In this document: positions 12,482-22,238 of the stretch, piece by piece | How positions within the stretch are numbered: position 1 is the first letter of the stretch | Layout of the letters: every line of letters begins with the position of its first letter | DNA from: an uncultured Collinsella sp. | GTDB taxonomy: Bacteria > Actinomycetota > Coriobacteriia > Coriobacteriales > Coriobacteriaceae | Assembly: GCA_902388345.1 (NCBI GenBank) | Contig: CABMOY010000001.1 | Location: forward strand, 9,357 to 73,356 | Direction of reading: 5' to 3' | DNA length: 64,000 bases | The notes under the pieces: model-generated | Told to the model about the DNA's origin: nothing | Databases searched by the model: none | What the model saw: the letters and a program-made list of their open reading frames with translations, nothing else | Program-made: the position numbers and the translations under genes

Positions 12482-12895
12482 TTAGGCAACGAGCCTGCAC
12501 GCATATTCAATGGCTGCTGCGAGGCCGCCGCTCGATCGTGGTTTAAATACCATGTCGGCGGCGGCCTCGTTTTCGTATCCGGCGCCGCGAAGGGCGAGTG
12601 CGATACCGGCTTCGAGGAGAAGGGGCAGGCCACGCTGGCTGGTTGCGATTACGGCAGCCTGATTGAGCGAGCAGCTGTGCGCCTGGCATTGGATGGCAAG
12701 TTCACCTTGCGCCGGGCAAGGGACCAGAACGGCGGAGACGCGACTTGATAGCAATGCAAATGCTGTGCGCTCATCGGGCGAAAGACATTCAGCTTCAACG
12801 ACGACGAGCTTGGGCGGCGCGCTGTTTGTGCGAAGCGTGGCTCGGTACATGCGGATCGAAGAACCCGACATAGAAAACTCCTGTGTATTCGGCAA
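12482..12895 (-). CDS. Hypothetical protein (Ala-rich, no recognisable domain), divergent from the XRE regulator
   Basis: ORF only. Positioned divergently from an XRE HTH gene with a perfect palindrome between them. Could be spurious. Confidence 0.3.
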   Translation of the reverse strand: MPNTQEFSMSGSSIRMYRATLRTNSAPPKLVVVEAECLSPDERTAFALLSSRVSAVLVPCPAQGELAIQCQAHSCSLNQAAVIATSQRGLPLLLEAGIALALRGAGYENEAAADMVFKPRSSGGLAAAIEYACRLVA

Positions 12896-12917
12896 AACGT
12901 AAACTATAGTTTACGTT
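12896..12917. promoter_or_regulatory. Perfect 22-bp palindrome AACGTAAACTATAGTTTACGTT, candidate operator of the XRE regulator
   Basis: Seen directly in the sequence, centred between divergent ORFs. Confidence 0.4.
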
Positions 12918-12947
12918 TATGTTCGGCTCCATTTCAAACTCGGCTGC

Positions 12948-13166
12948 ATGGACGAACGTGCGAAACAGATTCTTGGCAGGCGGGTCGAAGAGACACGCAG
13001 GGACCTTGGTATCTCCAAGGTTGATTTTTGTGTGGCAACGGGAATCAGCCGACCCTACCTCGACCGAATCGAAGATGGGACGGCAAATTTCACGCTCAAG
13101 GTTCTATTTAAGATCGCGCCCGCACTCGGCATGACGGTGTCAGAGCTTCTCGAGGGCATCGAATAG
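12948..13166 (+). CDS. XRE-family helix-turn-helix transcriptional regulator (72 aa)
   Basis: HTH_XRE signature LGISKVDFCVATGISRPYLDRIEDG. Confidence 0.7.
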   Translation: MDERAKQILGRRVEETRRDLGISKVDFCVATGISRPYLDRIEDGTANFTLKVLFKIAPALGMTVSELLEGIE

Positions 13167-13188
13167 GGGATACCCGTCGACAACTGAA

Positions 13189-14202
13189 TTACGCCATCGG
13201 GATGCGGTCGTGGTTGACTTGGCTGTAGAACAGGCGCTGAATCTCGGCCGCATCACGTGACTGGCCGAGTGCCCACATGGTTTTGGCCACGAGCGTCTCG
13301 GTGGTCATGTCGTCGCCGCGCAGAATGCCCGGATGATCGGCGTAAGCACGGCCGACCTCATAAACGCCCAGATCGAGGCCCTCTTCGGGGACCTGCGTGG
13401 TCATAACGACGGTACGGCCCGAATCGACCCAGCGGAAAATTGCCTCTTGGAACGACTCACCCGACTCACCAAACTCGGGAATACCGCCAATGCCAAAGGT
13501 CTCCAAAATCACGGCGTCGTAGCTATCGGCAAGGGCGTCGAGGATGCCCGGGTTTACGCCGGGCGTAAGCTTGAGTACAAACACGCGCGGGTCGATGCTG
13601 TCGTAGAAACGCACCGGGTTTTCACCTTGATGCGTGCCGTGAAGCCCGTTGCGCACGATGCGGTCGTTGCGGATATAGGCGATGGGCGGATAGTTGACGC
13701 TAATGAACGCGTTAAAGCTCATGGTGCGCTGTTTGCGGGCGCGCGTGCCGGCAATGGCTACGCCGCCAAACACGATCGAAACGTCGTGAGAGTGTTCGTC
13801 GAGCGCATAGAGCAGGCTCTGGTACAGGTTGAGCTTGGCGTCGGTAAATGGATTGCCCATGGGCTTTTGCGAGCCGGTGAGCACGATGGGCTTGGGGCTG
13901 TCCTGAATCAGGTAGGAAAGCGCTGCCGCGGTGTAGCTCATGGTGTCGGTGCCGTGCAGAATCACGAAGCCGTCGTGGTTGGCATAATCCTCGACGATGA
14001 CGTCGCGGATACGCATCCAGTCACTGGGGCGCATGTTGGTGCTGTCGATGTTCATGGGCTGTACCACGTCGAGCGCGCAGAGGCCCGAGATCTCGGGGAC
14101 GCTCTGGGCGAGCTCCTCACCGGTAAGGGCGGGGGAGAGGCCGTTGCCGTCCTCGGTCGATGCGATGGTGCCGCCCGTGGCGATGAGAAGGATGCGCTTC
14201 AT
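13189..14202 (-). CDS. ansA: L-asparaginase, type I
   Basis: MKRILLIATGGTIAS N-terminal threonine motif. HGTDTM and the remaining asparaginase signature. True start at the internal M (about 14202), not 14274. Confidence 0.85.
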   Translation of the reverse strand: MKRILLIATGGTIASTEDGNGLSPALTGEELAQSVPEISGLCALDVVQPMNIDSTNMRPSDWMRIRDVIVEDYANHDGFVILHGTDTMSYTAAALSYLIQDSPKPIVLTGSQKPMGNPFTDAKLNLYQSLLYALDEHSHDVSIVFGGVAIAGTRARKQRTMSFNAFISVNYPPIAYIRNDRIVRNGLHGTHQGENPVRFYDSIDPRVFVLKLTPGVNPGILDALADSYDAVILETFGIGGIPEFGESGESFQEAIFRWVDSGRTVVMTTQVPEEGLDLGVYEVGRAYADHPGILRGDDMTTETLVAKTMWALGQSRDAAEIQRLFYSQVNHDRIPMA

Positions 14203-14470
14203 GCTGGTATTCCTATCGTATTTGCCGCCGCAGAGGCGGAGTCGTTCGGCAGTATTGTGGCACAGGGCGTCCAATGTTCAAACGTATTACATCATCTGTA
14301 ACGTTTGGTAACACTTCAATTGTCGTCAAACAGGGGCCCAGGTCGTGCGTTTGCCGTGCGCTGATGGCTGCGAGGGACGAGAAACCCCATATAACGTGTA
14401 CACTATGAAAGATAATTTCGTTCATTCGCGCGGGTGGGCACCGGCTCCCCGCCAACAAGAGGGGGAAACC

Positions 14471-16069
14471 ATGGATCAAAAGGCTTCCGTAAAGGTCCTC
14501 GTACTCGACTTTGGTGCGCAGTACGGTCAGCTCATTGCCCGTCGCGTCCGCGACCTCAACGTGTATTCCGAGATTGTCCCCTGCGACATCTCGGCCGACG
14601 AGATTCGCGAGATGAACGCCTCTGCGCTCATCCTTTCCGGCGGCCCGGCTTCTGTGTATGCCGAGGACGCTCCGTCCATCGACCCCGCCATCTTTGACCT
14701 GGGCCTTCCCGTCCTGGGCTTCTGCTACGGCCATCAGATCACGGCCGTGACGCTCGGCGGCAAGGTCGGCCACTCCGAGGTGGGCGAGTACGGTCGCGCC
14801 ACCATCACGCGCACGGCCGGCGCCAAGCTCTTTAACTCCACGCCCATGGAGCAGACCGTGTGGATGAGCCATCGCGACGCCGTTTCCGAGGTGCCCGAGG
14901 GCTTTACCGTTACCGCCAGCACCGACGTATGCCCGGTTGCCGCCATGGAGTGCGTCGAGCGCAAGATCTTTACCACGCAGTTCCACCCCGAGGTCAAGCA
15001 CTCCGAGTATGGCCAGCAGCTGCTGAGCAACTTCCTGTTTGAGATCTGCGGCCTGGAGCCCAACTGGAGCATGGACAACCTGGTCGAGACCATGACGGCC
15101 GAGTTCCGCGAGAAGGTCGGCGACGACCGCGTGATTCTGGCCCTGTCCGGTGGCGTCGACTCCTCCGTCGTGGCTGCGCTGGGCGCCCGCGCCGTGGGCA
15201 AGCAGATGACCTGCGTGTTCATCAACCACGGCCTGCTGCGCAAGGGCGAGCCCGAGCAGGTGGAGGAGGTCTTCACCAAGCAGTTCGATGTCGACTTTAT
15301 CCACGTCCACGCCGAGGACCGTTATGCCGAGCTTCTGGCCGGCGTGACCGAGCCCGAGGAGAAGCGCCGCATCATCGGTACGCAGTTCTGGAAAGAGTTC
15401 TTTGCCGTGGCGCAGCAGCTCGAGACCGATGGCAAGCCGGTCAAGTATCTGGCTCAGGGCACCATCTACCCCGACATCATCGAGTCCGGCGCGCGCAAGA
15501 CGGGCGGCAAGACGGCCACCATCAAGAGCCACCACAACCTGATCCCGTTCCCCGAGGGCGTGCATTTCGACCTTATCGAGCCGCTCGACCACTTCTTTAA
15601 GGACGAGGTCCGCGCGCTTGGTCTGGCACTAGGCCTGCCGGGTCACATCGTGTTCCGCCAGCCCTTCCCGGGCCCGGGTCTGGCCATCCGCATCATCGGC
15701 GCGGTCGACAAGGAGAAGCTCGAGATCCTCAAGAACGCCGATGCCATCGTGCGCGAGGAGCTCGACGCCTACAACCAGCGTCTGTTTGAGCAGACCGGCG
15801 AGCGCAACTCCGAGCACAGCTGCTGGCAGTACTTCGCGGTCCTGCCCGACATCAAGTCCGTCGGCGTTATGGGCGATGAGCGCACCTACCAGCGCCCGAT
15901 CATCCTGCGCGCCGTCGAGTCCAGCGATGCCATGACCGCCGACTGGGCCAAGCTGCCCTACGACGTCCTGGCCCGCATCTCGGGCCGCATCGTTGCCGAG
16001 GTCCCCGGCGCCAACCGCGTGTGCTACGACATCACGTCCAAGCCGCCGGCGACGATCGAGTGGGAATAA
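14471..16069 (+). CDS. guaA: GMP synthase, glutamine-hydrolysing (GATase plus ATP pyrophosphatase domains)
   Basis: Class I GATase Cys motif (GFCYGHQ). [10 protein letters not shown]-loop. C-terminal dimerisation domain ending TIEWE. ATG at 14471 with a GGGGGAAACC RBS. Confidence 0.95.
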   Translation: MDQKASVKVLVLDFGAQYGQLIARRVRDLNVYSEIVPCDISADEIREMNASALILSGGPASVYAEDAPSIDPAIFDLGLPVLGFCYGHQITAVTLGGKVGHSEVGEYGRATITRTAGAKLFNSTPMEQTVWMSHRDAVSEVPEGFTVTASTDVCPVAAMECVERKIFTTQFHPEVKHSEYGQQLLSNFLFEICGLEPNWSMDNLVETMTAEFREKVGDDRVILALSGGVDSSVVAALGARAVGKQMTCVFINHGLLRKGEPEQVEEVFTKQFDVDFIHVHAEDRYAELLAGVTEPEEKRRIIGTQFWKEFFAVAQQLETDGKPVKYLAQGTIYPDIIESGARKTGGKTATIKSHHNLIPFPEGVHFDLIEPLDHFFKDEVRALGLALGLPGHIVFRQPFPGPGLAIRIIGAVDKEKLEILKNADAIVREELDAYNQRLFEQTGERNSEHSCWQYFAVLPDIKSVGVMGDERTYQRPIILRAVESSDAMTADWAKLPYDVLARISGRIVAEVPGANRVCYDITSKPPATIEWE

Positions 16070-16831
16070 ACGATATTCGTTGATTTTAAGCCTCTGACTT
16101 GCGAAAACAGGTCGGGGGCTTCTTATTTTGCAACCTCTGTGCAACCTTTGCGGTTTCGCGCCCCGTGAACAGGGGACGTAGCACTGTTCACGTCTGGGCC
16201 CATGTCGGCACCGATCAATGCCCGCGCTGCTTCTGCTTGCGCTTCAGCTTCCGCTGCTCGAAGCACGTCGTCGGGAGTTCCGCGTCGGCGCCCCGCCTTC
16301 CCGCCGAAGGAGGGGGTGGCGGCTCCCTGCAGAGCCGCGGAACCTCCTATATCCGCTTGCTGCGGGCTTGCTTGAGCCAGTTCCTCTTGAAAGAGCCTAT
16401 ACCTCCGAAGAACTTGTTGTACGTCTCACCGTTCTCCTTGGCCTCGTACTTGACCAAGGCAAGTTCGATGGTGCAGAGGTAATCCGCCACTTGCTCGAGG
16501 CGGTAGTCGGTCATCGAGGTCTTGCGGCGTCGGACGACTCCTTTTGAGAGGGTCTTGCCCACCGAGCGGTCTCGCCCGCGGAACAGAAGGAGCGCATCCT
16601 CGCGACCTTCGGCGACCTGTGCTGCGAGATGGAGGGCTGCACCATCGCGCAGGGCCCTTTCCAAAGCGAAGTGTCGAGCCGAAGTGTTGAGCGTCGGCCC
16701 TGAATGTTCAATGGCCGTTGTTTTCTGCCCCTCAAGTGGTGAACTTCTCCTCGGGGCTGTTGATTCCCCCACGCGCCCCCTTCCGTTCTCTGTGTTCCCC
16801 TTATACTCCTTGTACAAGGAGGTAAGAAGTC

Positions 16832-19573
16832 ATGGACAAGACCGCACAGGACAGCTTGGCAAAGAAGCCCGTCGACATGAGGGACAGGATTCTCGAGCAT
16901 CTCGAGGCCCTCACCTCTGCCGTCTCGCTCGACGACCTTGCCCGTCTGTCCACCTCCGACATCGCCGAGACGCTCATCATCTCCAGGAGCCTGGCGAGCC
17001 AGTACCTCAACGACCTTGTTCGCGCCGGCCTTGTGGTTAAGGTGGCGGGCAGGCCTGTCCGTTATTTTCATCGCCGCGCGTTCCAGAAGCGTTTTCAGGT
17101 AAAGCTCTCTGCAAGCGAGTACGCCTCGCTCGCCGACCTCATCCAGGCGACGGGAATCGCCGATCACCGCGACTTCGCGCGTGCCGTGGGCTTCGACCTG
17201 AGCCTCAGCTCCGTTGTCGAGCAGTGCAAGGCTGCGGTTCAGTACCCTCCGTTTGGCCTACCCATCCTCTTGAGCGGCGGCGTGGGTGTCGGTAAGTCTT
17301 TCCTTTCTCGCCTTGTGTACGAGTACGGCAAGAACCAGGGCTTGCTGTCCCGCGACTCCTCCTATGTGCGCATCGACTGCGCCGGGGTCCCGGACGCCGC
17401 CTCGTTCAACGGGCTTCTTGACGAGTCGATCGCGAAATCGCGCGGGGGTGTGGTTTTTGTCAACGGCATCGAGGCGCTCTCTCCCTCTGCGATGGAGCAC
17501 TGCCTTGCGACGGCCCTCGGGCTCGATGCCTCCCAGGATGCGCCGCGCGCTCGCCTCGTTCTTTCGACGACGCTTTCCGCCGATGACCTGAAGGTTTCCT
17601 CGGCCTACAGCAAAATGCCCATCTGTGCCCGCGTCCCCTCACTCAAGGAGCGGACCCCCGAGGAGCGCGAGGATCTCATCTTGAGCTTCCTGCGCAGCGA
17701 GGGGTGCCGAATCGGTTCTGATGTGAAGATCAGCCGCGGCGCATACCGTTGCCTCGTGAACGCGGACTTTTCCGATAACATCGCCGGCTTGCGCGCCTGC
17801 GTGACGAACTGCTGCGCCAAAGCGTTCCTCAATCGCGAGGGCGACTACGTCGTCGTTCGCCCGTATCTTCTTCCCAGCGGGCTCCTCTCCTCCGCGCAGA
17901 TCGATCAACAGCCCGACGATGGCGTTCTGATCGACGCGTCCCTGGATGCCGCCGAGAGCACAGGGCCGGTCGAGCAGGCGCTCGATGCCCTGTGCTCTCT
18001 CGATGAGCGATTCTGCGCCGGGGAGCTCTCTGTCTCCGAGCTCGTCTCGCAAGCTGTCTCCGCTGTGCGCGGCGTTGAGGATCACTTGATCTTCGGCCGC
18101 GGCGTTACCTCCTCGAGGTCGCGCGCCTTCGAGCGCATCGTGGGCGCGGTCCTTGCCGACGCAGGCTCTTCTTATGGCATCGAGCTTTCGAGGAAGGTCG
18201 CTTTTCTACTGGCCCAGGAGATTTGCCTGCAGTTGTGGCCGGGCATCGGCCTGGCTAAGCGAAAGTCTGCCTGTGCGGAGCAAATCTCCCATCTCCTCGG
18301 TGCCGTGACCTCCGAATTACCGTTTGCCTCGAGCGTCTCCGATCAGGTCGCCGCAGACGTGGAAGGGGCGCTGGGAATCTCGCTCGATCACTTCACGAAG
18401 ACGCTTCTGACGCTGTGCGTCGCATCGGAGTCTCGCGATGCGAAGGCCCTTCGGACGCTCTGCGTCATCTTGTCCCACGGCTACTCAACGGCGACGAGCA
18501 TCGCCGACGCGGCGAACCGTATGCTCGGCATGCATGTGTACGAGGCGGTCGACATGCCCTACGACCAGCAGCTGAAGGACATCGTCGGTCCGCTCCAGCG
18601 CCTCGTCGACCGCCATTCCTACTGCACCGGGGTTGTGTTCCTCGTCGATATGGGCTCCTTGGAGGAGGCCTATAAGGCCCTCGAGAACGTTACCGACTCC
18701 ACTATCGGCGTGGTGAACAACGTCTCTACCGGTCTTGCGCTCGAGATCGGGGTCGGGCTGCTCGGCGGCAAGTCCATCGCCGAGGTTCTTGGCGATGCGA
18801 CCGCCGCGTGCGTGACGCACTGCAAGGTGATCGAGCGCATCAACCGTGAGGACGCCATCGTCTTCTGCTCCGAGTCCGGGGTCGACGCCGCGGAGAGGAT
18901 ACGCCAGCTCGTCTCGCAGAGCCTCCCGCGCACCATAGGCGCGCGCCTGCTCACGAGGCCCTTCAAGCAGCTTGTCGCGAACGGGTCGAACGACGCCGTT
19001 TTCTCCGAGCACCGCGTCTGCGCCGTCATCGGCACGGGAGACCCCGGGGTCGCCTCCGTCCCCTTCGTCGCCCTCGAGGACATCATGTCGACGGCGTCCG
19101 CCTCTAAGGTCGATGCCGTGTTCGGCAGGTGGCTTGACGCTTCCGAGCTCTCTTCTTTCCACGAGAAGCTGCTCTCGAACATGACGCTGCAGAACGTCAT
19201 CCGCTCCATCACCATCCTCGACCCGGAGCGGCTATTCCACGAGATCGAGAGCGCCGTGCACGAGCTTCAGCGCAGGACAGGCGAGAAGATCGGCAGCAAC
19301 GCCATCATTGGGCTCTACGTCCACCTCTGCTGTCTCGTCGAGCGCCTTGTTACCAGAAACCCCATTGAGACCTACGTTGGTCAGGACCGCTTCGAGGAGG
19401 AGCGTGCCGATTTCATCGAGTCCTTCAGGCAGAGCTTCTCGAGCATCTCGACGCGCTATCGCGTAGAGGTTCCCGTAAGCGAGATCGCATATGTCTTCGA
19501 CTACATAAGCGTGAGCGCCGCCCCGGCGCGAGAAGAGCGCCTCGGCTCCTCGGACCTCCTGCTCGACGAGTGA
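16832..19573 (+). CDS. LevR/ManR-like PTS regulator: HTH, sigma-54-activator-like AAA+ domain lacking GAFTGA, EIIA(Man)-like domain, PRD domains
   Basis: Walker-A-like GGVGVGKS and a Walker-B-like VVFVNGIEAL. No GAFTGA loop. ILSHGYSTATSIADAANRM EIIA-Man-like segment. C-terminal PRD-like segment (IIGLYVHLCCLVERL). Sits immediately upstream of a man-family PTS operon. Confidence 0.7.
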   Translation: MDKTAQDSLAKKPVDMRDRILEHLEALTSAVSLDDLARLSTSDIAETLIISRSLASQYLNDLVRAGLVVKVAGRPVRYFHRRAFQKRFQVKLSASEYASLADLIQATGIADHRDFARAVGFDLSLSSVVEQCKAAVQYPPFGLPILLSGGVGVGKSFLSRLVYEYGKNQGLLSRDSSYVRIDCAGVPDAASFNGLLDESIAKSRGGVVFVNGIEALSPSAMEHCLATALGLDASQDAPRARLVLSTTLSADDLKVSSAYSKMPICARVPSLKERTPEEREDLILSFLRSEGCRIGSDVKISRGAYRCLVNADFSDNIAGLRACVTNCCAKAFLNREGDYVVVRPYLLPSGLLSSAQIDQQPDDGVLIDASLDAAESTGPVEQALDALCSLDERFCAGELSVSELVSQAVSAVRGVEDHLIFGRGVTSSRSRAFERIVGAVLADAGSSYGIELSRKVAFLLAQEICLQLWPGIGLAKRKSACAEQISHLLGAVTSELPFASSVSDQVAADVEGALGISLDHFTKTLLTLCVASESRDAKALRTLCVILSHGYSTATSIADAANRMLGMHVYEAVDMPYDQQLKDIVGPLQRLVDRHSYCTGVVFLVDMGSLEEAYKALENVTDSTIGVVNNVSTGLALEIGVGLLGGKSIAEVLGDATAACVTHCKVIERINREDAIVFCSESGVDAAERIRQLVSQSLPRTIGARLLTRPFKQLVANGSNDAVFSEHRVCAVIGTGDPGVASVPFVALEDIMSTASASKVDAVFGRWLDASELSSFHEKLLSNMTLQNVIRSITILDPERLFHEIESAVHELQRRTGEKIGSNAIIGLYVHLCCLVERLVTRNPIETYVGQDRFEEERADFIESFRQSFSSISTRYRVEVPVSEIAYVFDYISVSAAPAREERLGSSDLLLDE

Positions 19574-19696
19574 CCTTCCCCGCGCCGCCGCAAGCTGACT
19601 GCGCGTCCTCAATAATCCGATAACCCCTTGCCCGGCGCGAATCCGGATAGCGCCGAGGCAGTACCGAACGTAAAACTTCATTTGATAGGAGCAAAC

Positions 19697-20170
19697 ATGA
19701 GTGTTGTTATGGCACGAATCGACAATCGCCTGCTTCACGGCATCATCGTGACGCAGTGGGCCCCGGTGTCGGGCGCGACCCGAGTCATGGTCATCGACGA
19801 CAAGGTCGCCGGCGACGAGGTCCTGAAGTCCACTATGAGGATGGCGCGCCCCGCGGGCATGGCCGTCTCGATCATCTCCGAGCAGACCGCGCTCAAGAAC
19901 TTCGCGGCGGGCAAGTACGACCGCGAGAAGGTCTTTGTCATCGCCAAGGAGCCCGAGACGATCCTTCACCTGGTCGAGTCGGGCATCGAGCTCCCGTCGC
20001 TGATCGTCGGCGGCTCGCTCGTCAAGGAGGGCGGCGTCCAGCTCACCCAGCGCGCCTATGCCTCCGCCGAGAACGTCCAGAGCTACAAGGCGCTCATCGC
20101 CCGCGGCGTCAAGGTGACGGCACAGTTCGTGCCCGCCGACAAGCCCGTCTCCGTCGCCGACCTCATCTAA
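19697..20170 (+). CDS. PTS mannose/fructose/sorbose family EIIB
   Basis: ARIDNRLLHGIIVTQW motif with the phosphorylatable His. Confidence 0.85.
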   Translation: MSVVMARIDNRLLHGIIVTQWAPVSGATRVMVIDDKVAGDEVLKSTMRMARPAGMAVSIISEQTALKNFAAGKYDREKVFVIAKEPETILHLVESGIELPSLIVGGSLVKEGGVQLTQRAYASAENVQSYKALIARGVKVTAQFVPADKPVSVADLI

Positions 20171-20179
20171 GGAGGGATC

Positions 20180-20965
20180 ATGGTCAACTTCACTATCCTG
20201 CAGGTCGTCCTTTTGACCCTGCTGGCCTTCATCAAACACGTGGACTACTACGGCATCCCGATGATCTTCGTCAACTATGCCGTCTTCTGGGGCCTTATCA
20301 CCGGCGTCGTCATGGGCGACTGGCAGACCGGCCTCGTCATCGGCGGCACCATCCAGCTCATGCAGCTCGGCGTCGCGGGCTTCGGCGGCTCGTCGATTCC
20401 CGACTACGGCACGATGGCCATCATCGCCACCGCCTACGGCGTGACCCTGGGCGCGGACACGGGCCTCGCCATCGGCCTGCCGGTCGGCATGCTCGGCATC
20501 CAGCTCGACGTCATCGTCAAGATCCTCAACGGCTTCGTCGTCGAGAAGTCCCAGAAGTTCTGCAACGAGGGTAAGTTCAATCAGATGAACGCCATCCTGT
20601 GGGTCTGCCCCGCGCTCTTCGGCCTGTGCGCCGCCCTGCCCGTCTTTGTCTCCGTGACGCTCGGCCAGCCCGCCGTCAACTGGCTCCTCGAGGTCATGCC
20701 TCAGTGGTTCCTCTCCGGCCTCACCCTCGCCGGCAAGATGCTCCCGGCCATCGGTATCGCCATGCTGCTCCGCTACATGCCCACCGGCAAGTACTTCCAG
20801 TACCTGCTCGTCGGCTTCTTCCTCTCGGCCTTCCTGAACGTGCCCATCATCGGCGCCGCCATCGTCGGCGTTGCCCTCGCGATCGCGTTCTACCAGCGTG
20901 CCGAGAGGGACACCGAGCTCGCCGCCCACGCTTCCGCAGACGCCTTCATCGGAGAGGATGAGTAA
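20180..20965 (+). CDS. PTS mannose-family EIIC
   Basis: Multi-TM protein with typical EIIC-Man features. Sits between the IIB and IID genes. Confidence 0.85.
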   Translation: MVNFTILQVVLLTLLAFIKHVDYYGIPMIFVNYAVFWGLITGVVMGDWQTGLVIGGTIQLMQLGVAGFGGSSIPDYGTMAIIATAYGVTLGADTGLAIGLPVGMLGIQLDVIVKILNGFVVEKSQKFCNEGKFNQMNAILWVCPALFGLCAALPVFVSVTLGQPAVNWLLEVMPQWFLSGLTLAGKMLPAIGIAMLLRYMPTGKYFQYLLVGFFLSAFLNVPIIGAAIVGVALAIAFYQRAERDTELAAHASADAFIGEDE

Positions 20966-20967
20966 CC

Positions 20968-21801
20968 ATGGAAAACGAGAACATCACCGCCGTCGCCGAG
21001 GGCAAGCCCTCCGGCTACAAGGTCACCAAGAAGGATCTGCGCAACGCGAACTGGCGCTGGCTCATGAGCGTGTGCACCTTCAACTACCAGACCCAGCAGG
21101 GCGCCTCAGTCGCCTACGCCCTCTCGCCGGTCCTGAGGAAGATCTACACGAACGACGAGGACTATAAGCAAGCGCTCAACAACCACTTCCGCTACTACAA
21201 TACCCAGCCTTGGCTCGCCGCCATCATCCTTGGCGCCTGCGTGGCCATGGAGGAACGCGACGGCCTAGCGGCGGCGGACGCCGTCCAAGACCTGAAGATC
21301 GGCACCATGGGACCGCTCGCCGGCGTCGGCGACTCCCTGCTCATGACCATGATCCCGACCATCATGGGCTCCATCGCCGCCTACATGGCCATCGAGGGCA
21401 ACCCCGTGGGAGCCGGCATCTGGTTCGCGCTCATCCTGGCCATCTTCTGGGTCCGCATGCACGCCCTCGAGTTCGGCTACAAGCAGGGCGTGAAGCTCGT
21501 CACCGACTTCAGCGAGAAGCTTCCCAACCTCACTGCCGCCGCCTCCGTGCTCGGCCTCACCGTGGTCGGCTGCCTCATCGCCTCGGTCATCGGCGTCACC
21601 TGCCCGATTAGCTTCAGCTTCGGTGACGTCTCGATGGAGATTCAGCCGCTGCTCGACAAGATCCTGCCTGCCATGATCCCCGCCACCATCACGGGAAGCG
21701 CGTATTACCTTCTTACCAAGAAGAACGCGAGCATGACGGTCCTCATCCTCGTGGTGATCGTCCTCGCGATGGTCGCCTCCGCCGCTGGCATCCTCGCTTA
21801 G
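20968..21801 (+). CDS. PTS mannose-family EIID
   Basis: EIID signature region NFNYQTQQG...YFNTQP-like (LRNANWRWLMSVCTFNYQTQQG). Confidence 0.85.
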   Translation: MENENITAVAEGKPSGYKVTKKDLRNANWRWLMSVCTFNYQTQQGASVAYALSPVLRKIYTNDEDYKQALNNHFRYYNTQPWLAAIILGACVAMEERDGLAAADAVQDLKIGTMGPLAGVGDSLLMTMIPTIMGSIAAYMAIEGNPVGAGIWFALILAIFWVRMHALEFGYKQGVKLVTDFSEKLPNLTAAASVLGLTVVGCLIASVIGVTCPISFSFGDVSMEIQPLLDKILPAMIPATITGSAYYLLTKKNASMTVLILVVIVLAMVASAAGILA

Positions 21802-21827
21802 CTTCGACCCAAGAGATTGGTGAATCA

Positions 21828-22226
21828 ATGAGAAAGATAGTTGTGGCGAGCCATTCCCTTCTCGCCCAGGGCTTCAAGGACACCCTCGAGTTCCTTACGG
21901 GTAAGAGCGACGCCGTCAACGCCGTGTGCGCCTACGTGAACGACAACGGCGAGGGGCTCGACGCGGCGGTCGAGGCGGCTCTTTCGGGCACTGACGAGGT
22001 CGTCGTCCTCACCGACGCGCTCGGCGGCAGCGTGAACCAGCGCTTCTCCCGCTTCGCCTCCGACCGGATCCACGTGATCGCGGGTGTCAACCTCCCGCTC
22101 GCCATGACGGTCGCGCTCGCGCGCCCCGACGAGAAACTCGACTTCGACGCCCTCGTCGACGAGGCGCGCCAGCAGATCGTCTACGTGAACGGTGCCAGTT
22201 CCGCCGAGTGCGAAGACGACGAATAG
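21828..22226 (+). CDS. PTS mannose-family EIIA
   Basis: MRKIVVASHSLLAQG, with the His of the EIIA-Man fold. Confidence 0.8.
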   Translation: MRKIVVASHSLLAQGFKDTLEFLTGKSDAVNAVCAYVNDNGEGLDAAVEAALSGTDEVVVLTDALGGSVNQRFSRFASDRIHVIAGVNLPLAMTVALARPDEKLDFDALVDEARQQIVYVNGASSAECEDDE

Positions 22227-22238
22227 AGGAGGTCGACG

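Noticed and set aside
14275-14470. Possible purine riboswitch or PurR box upstream of guaA
   Set aside because: A GGGCACCGG stretch recalls the purine-riboswitch P3 stem. The conserved J2-3 (UUUCUACC) and J1-2 (UAUAAU) elements are absent, and no convincing three-stem junction could be drawn. Only a short inverted repeat (AAACGT-TTACA...TGTAACGTTT) at 14283-14309 remains, and it is unassigned.
19574-19697. Sigma-54 (-24/-12) promoter upstream of the mannose-family PTS operon
   Set aside because: No TGGCAC-N5-TTGC-like element was found. This is consistent with the regulator lacking GAFTGA, and is recorded as support for the finding, not as a feature.
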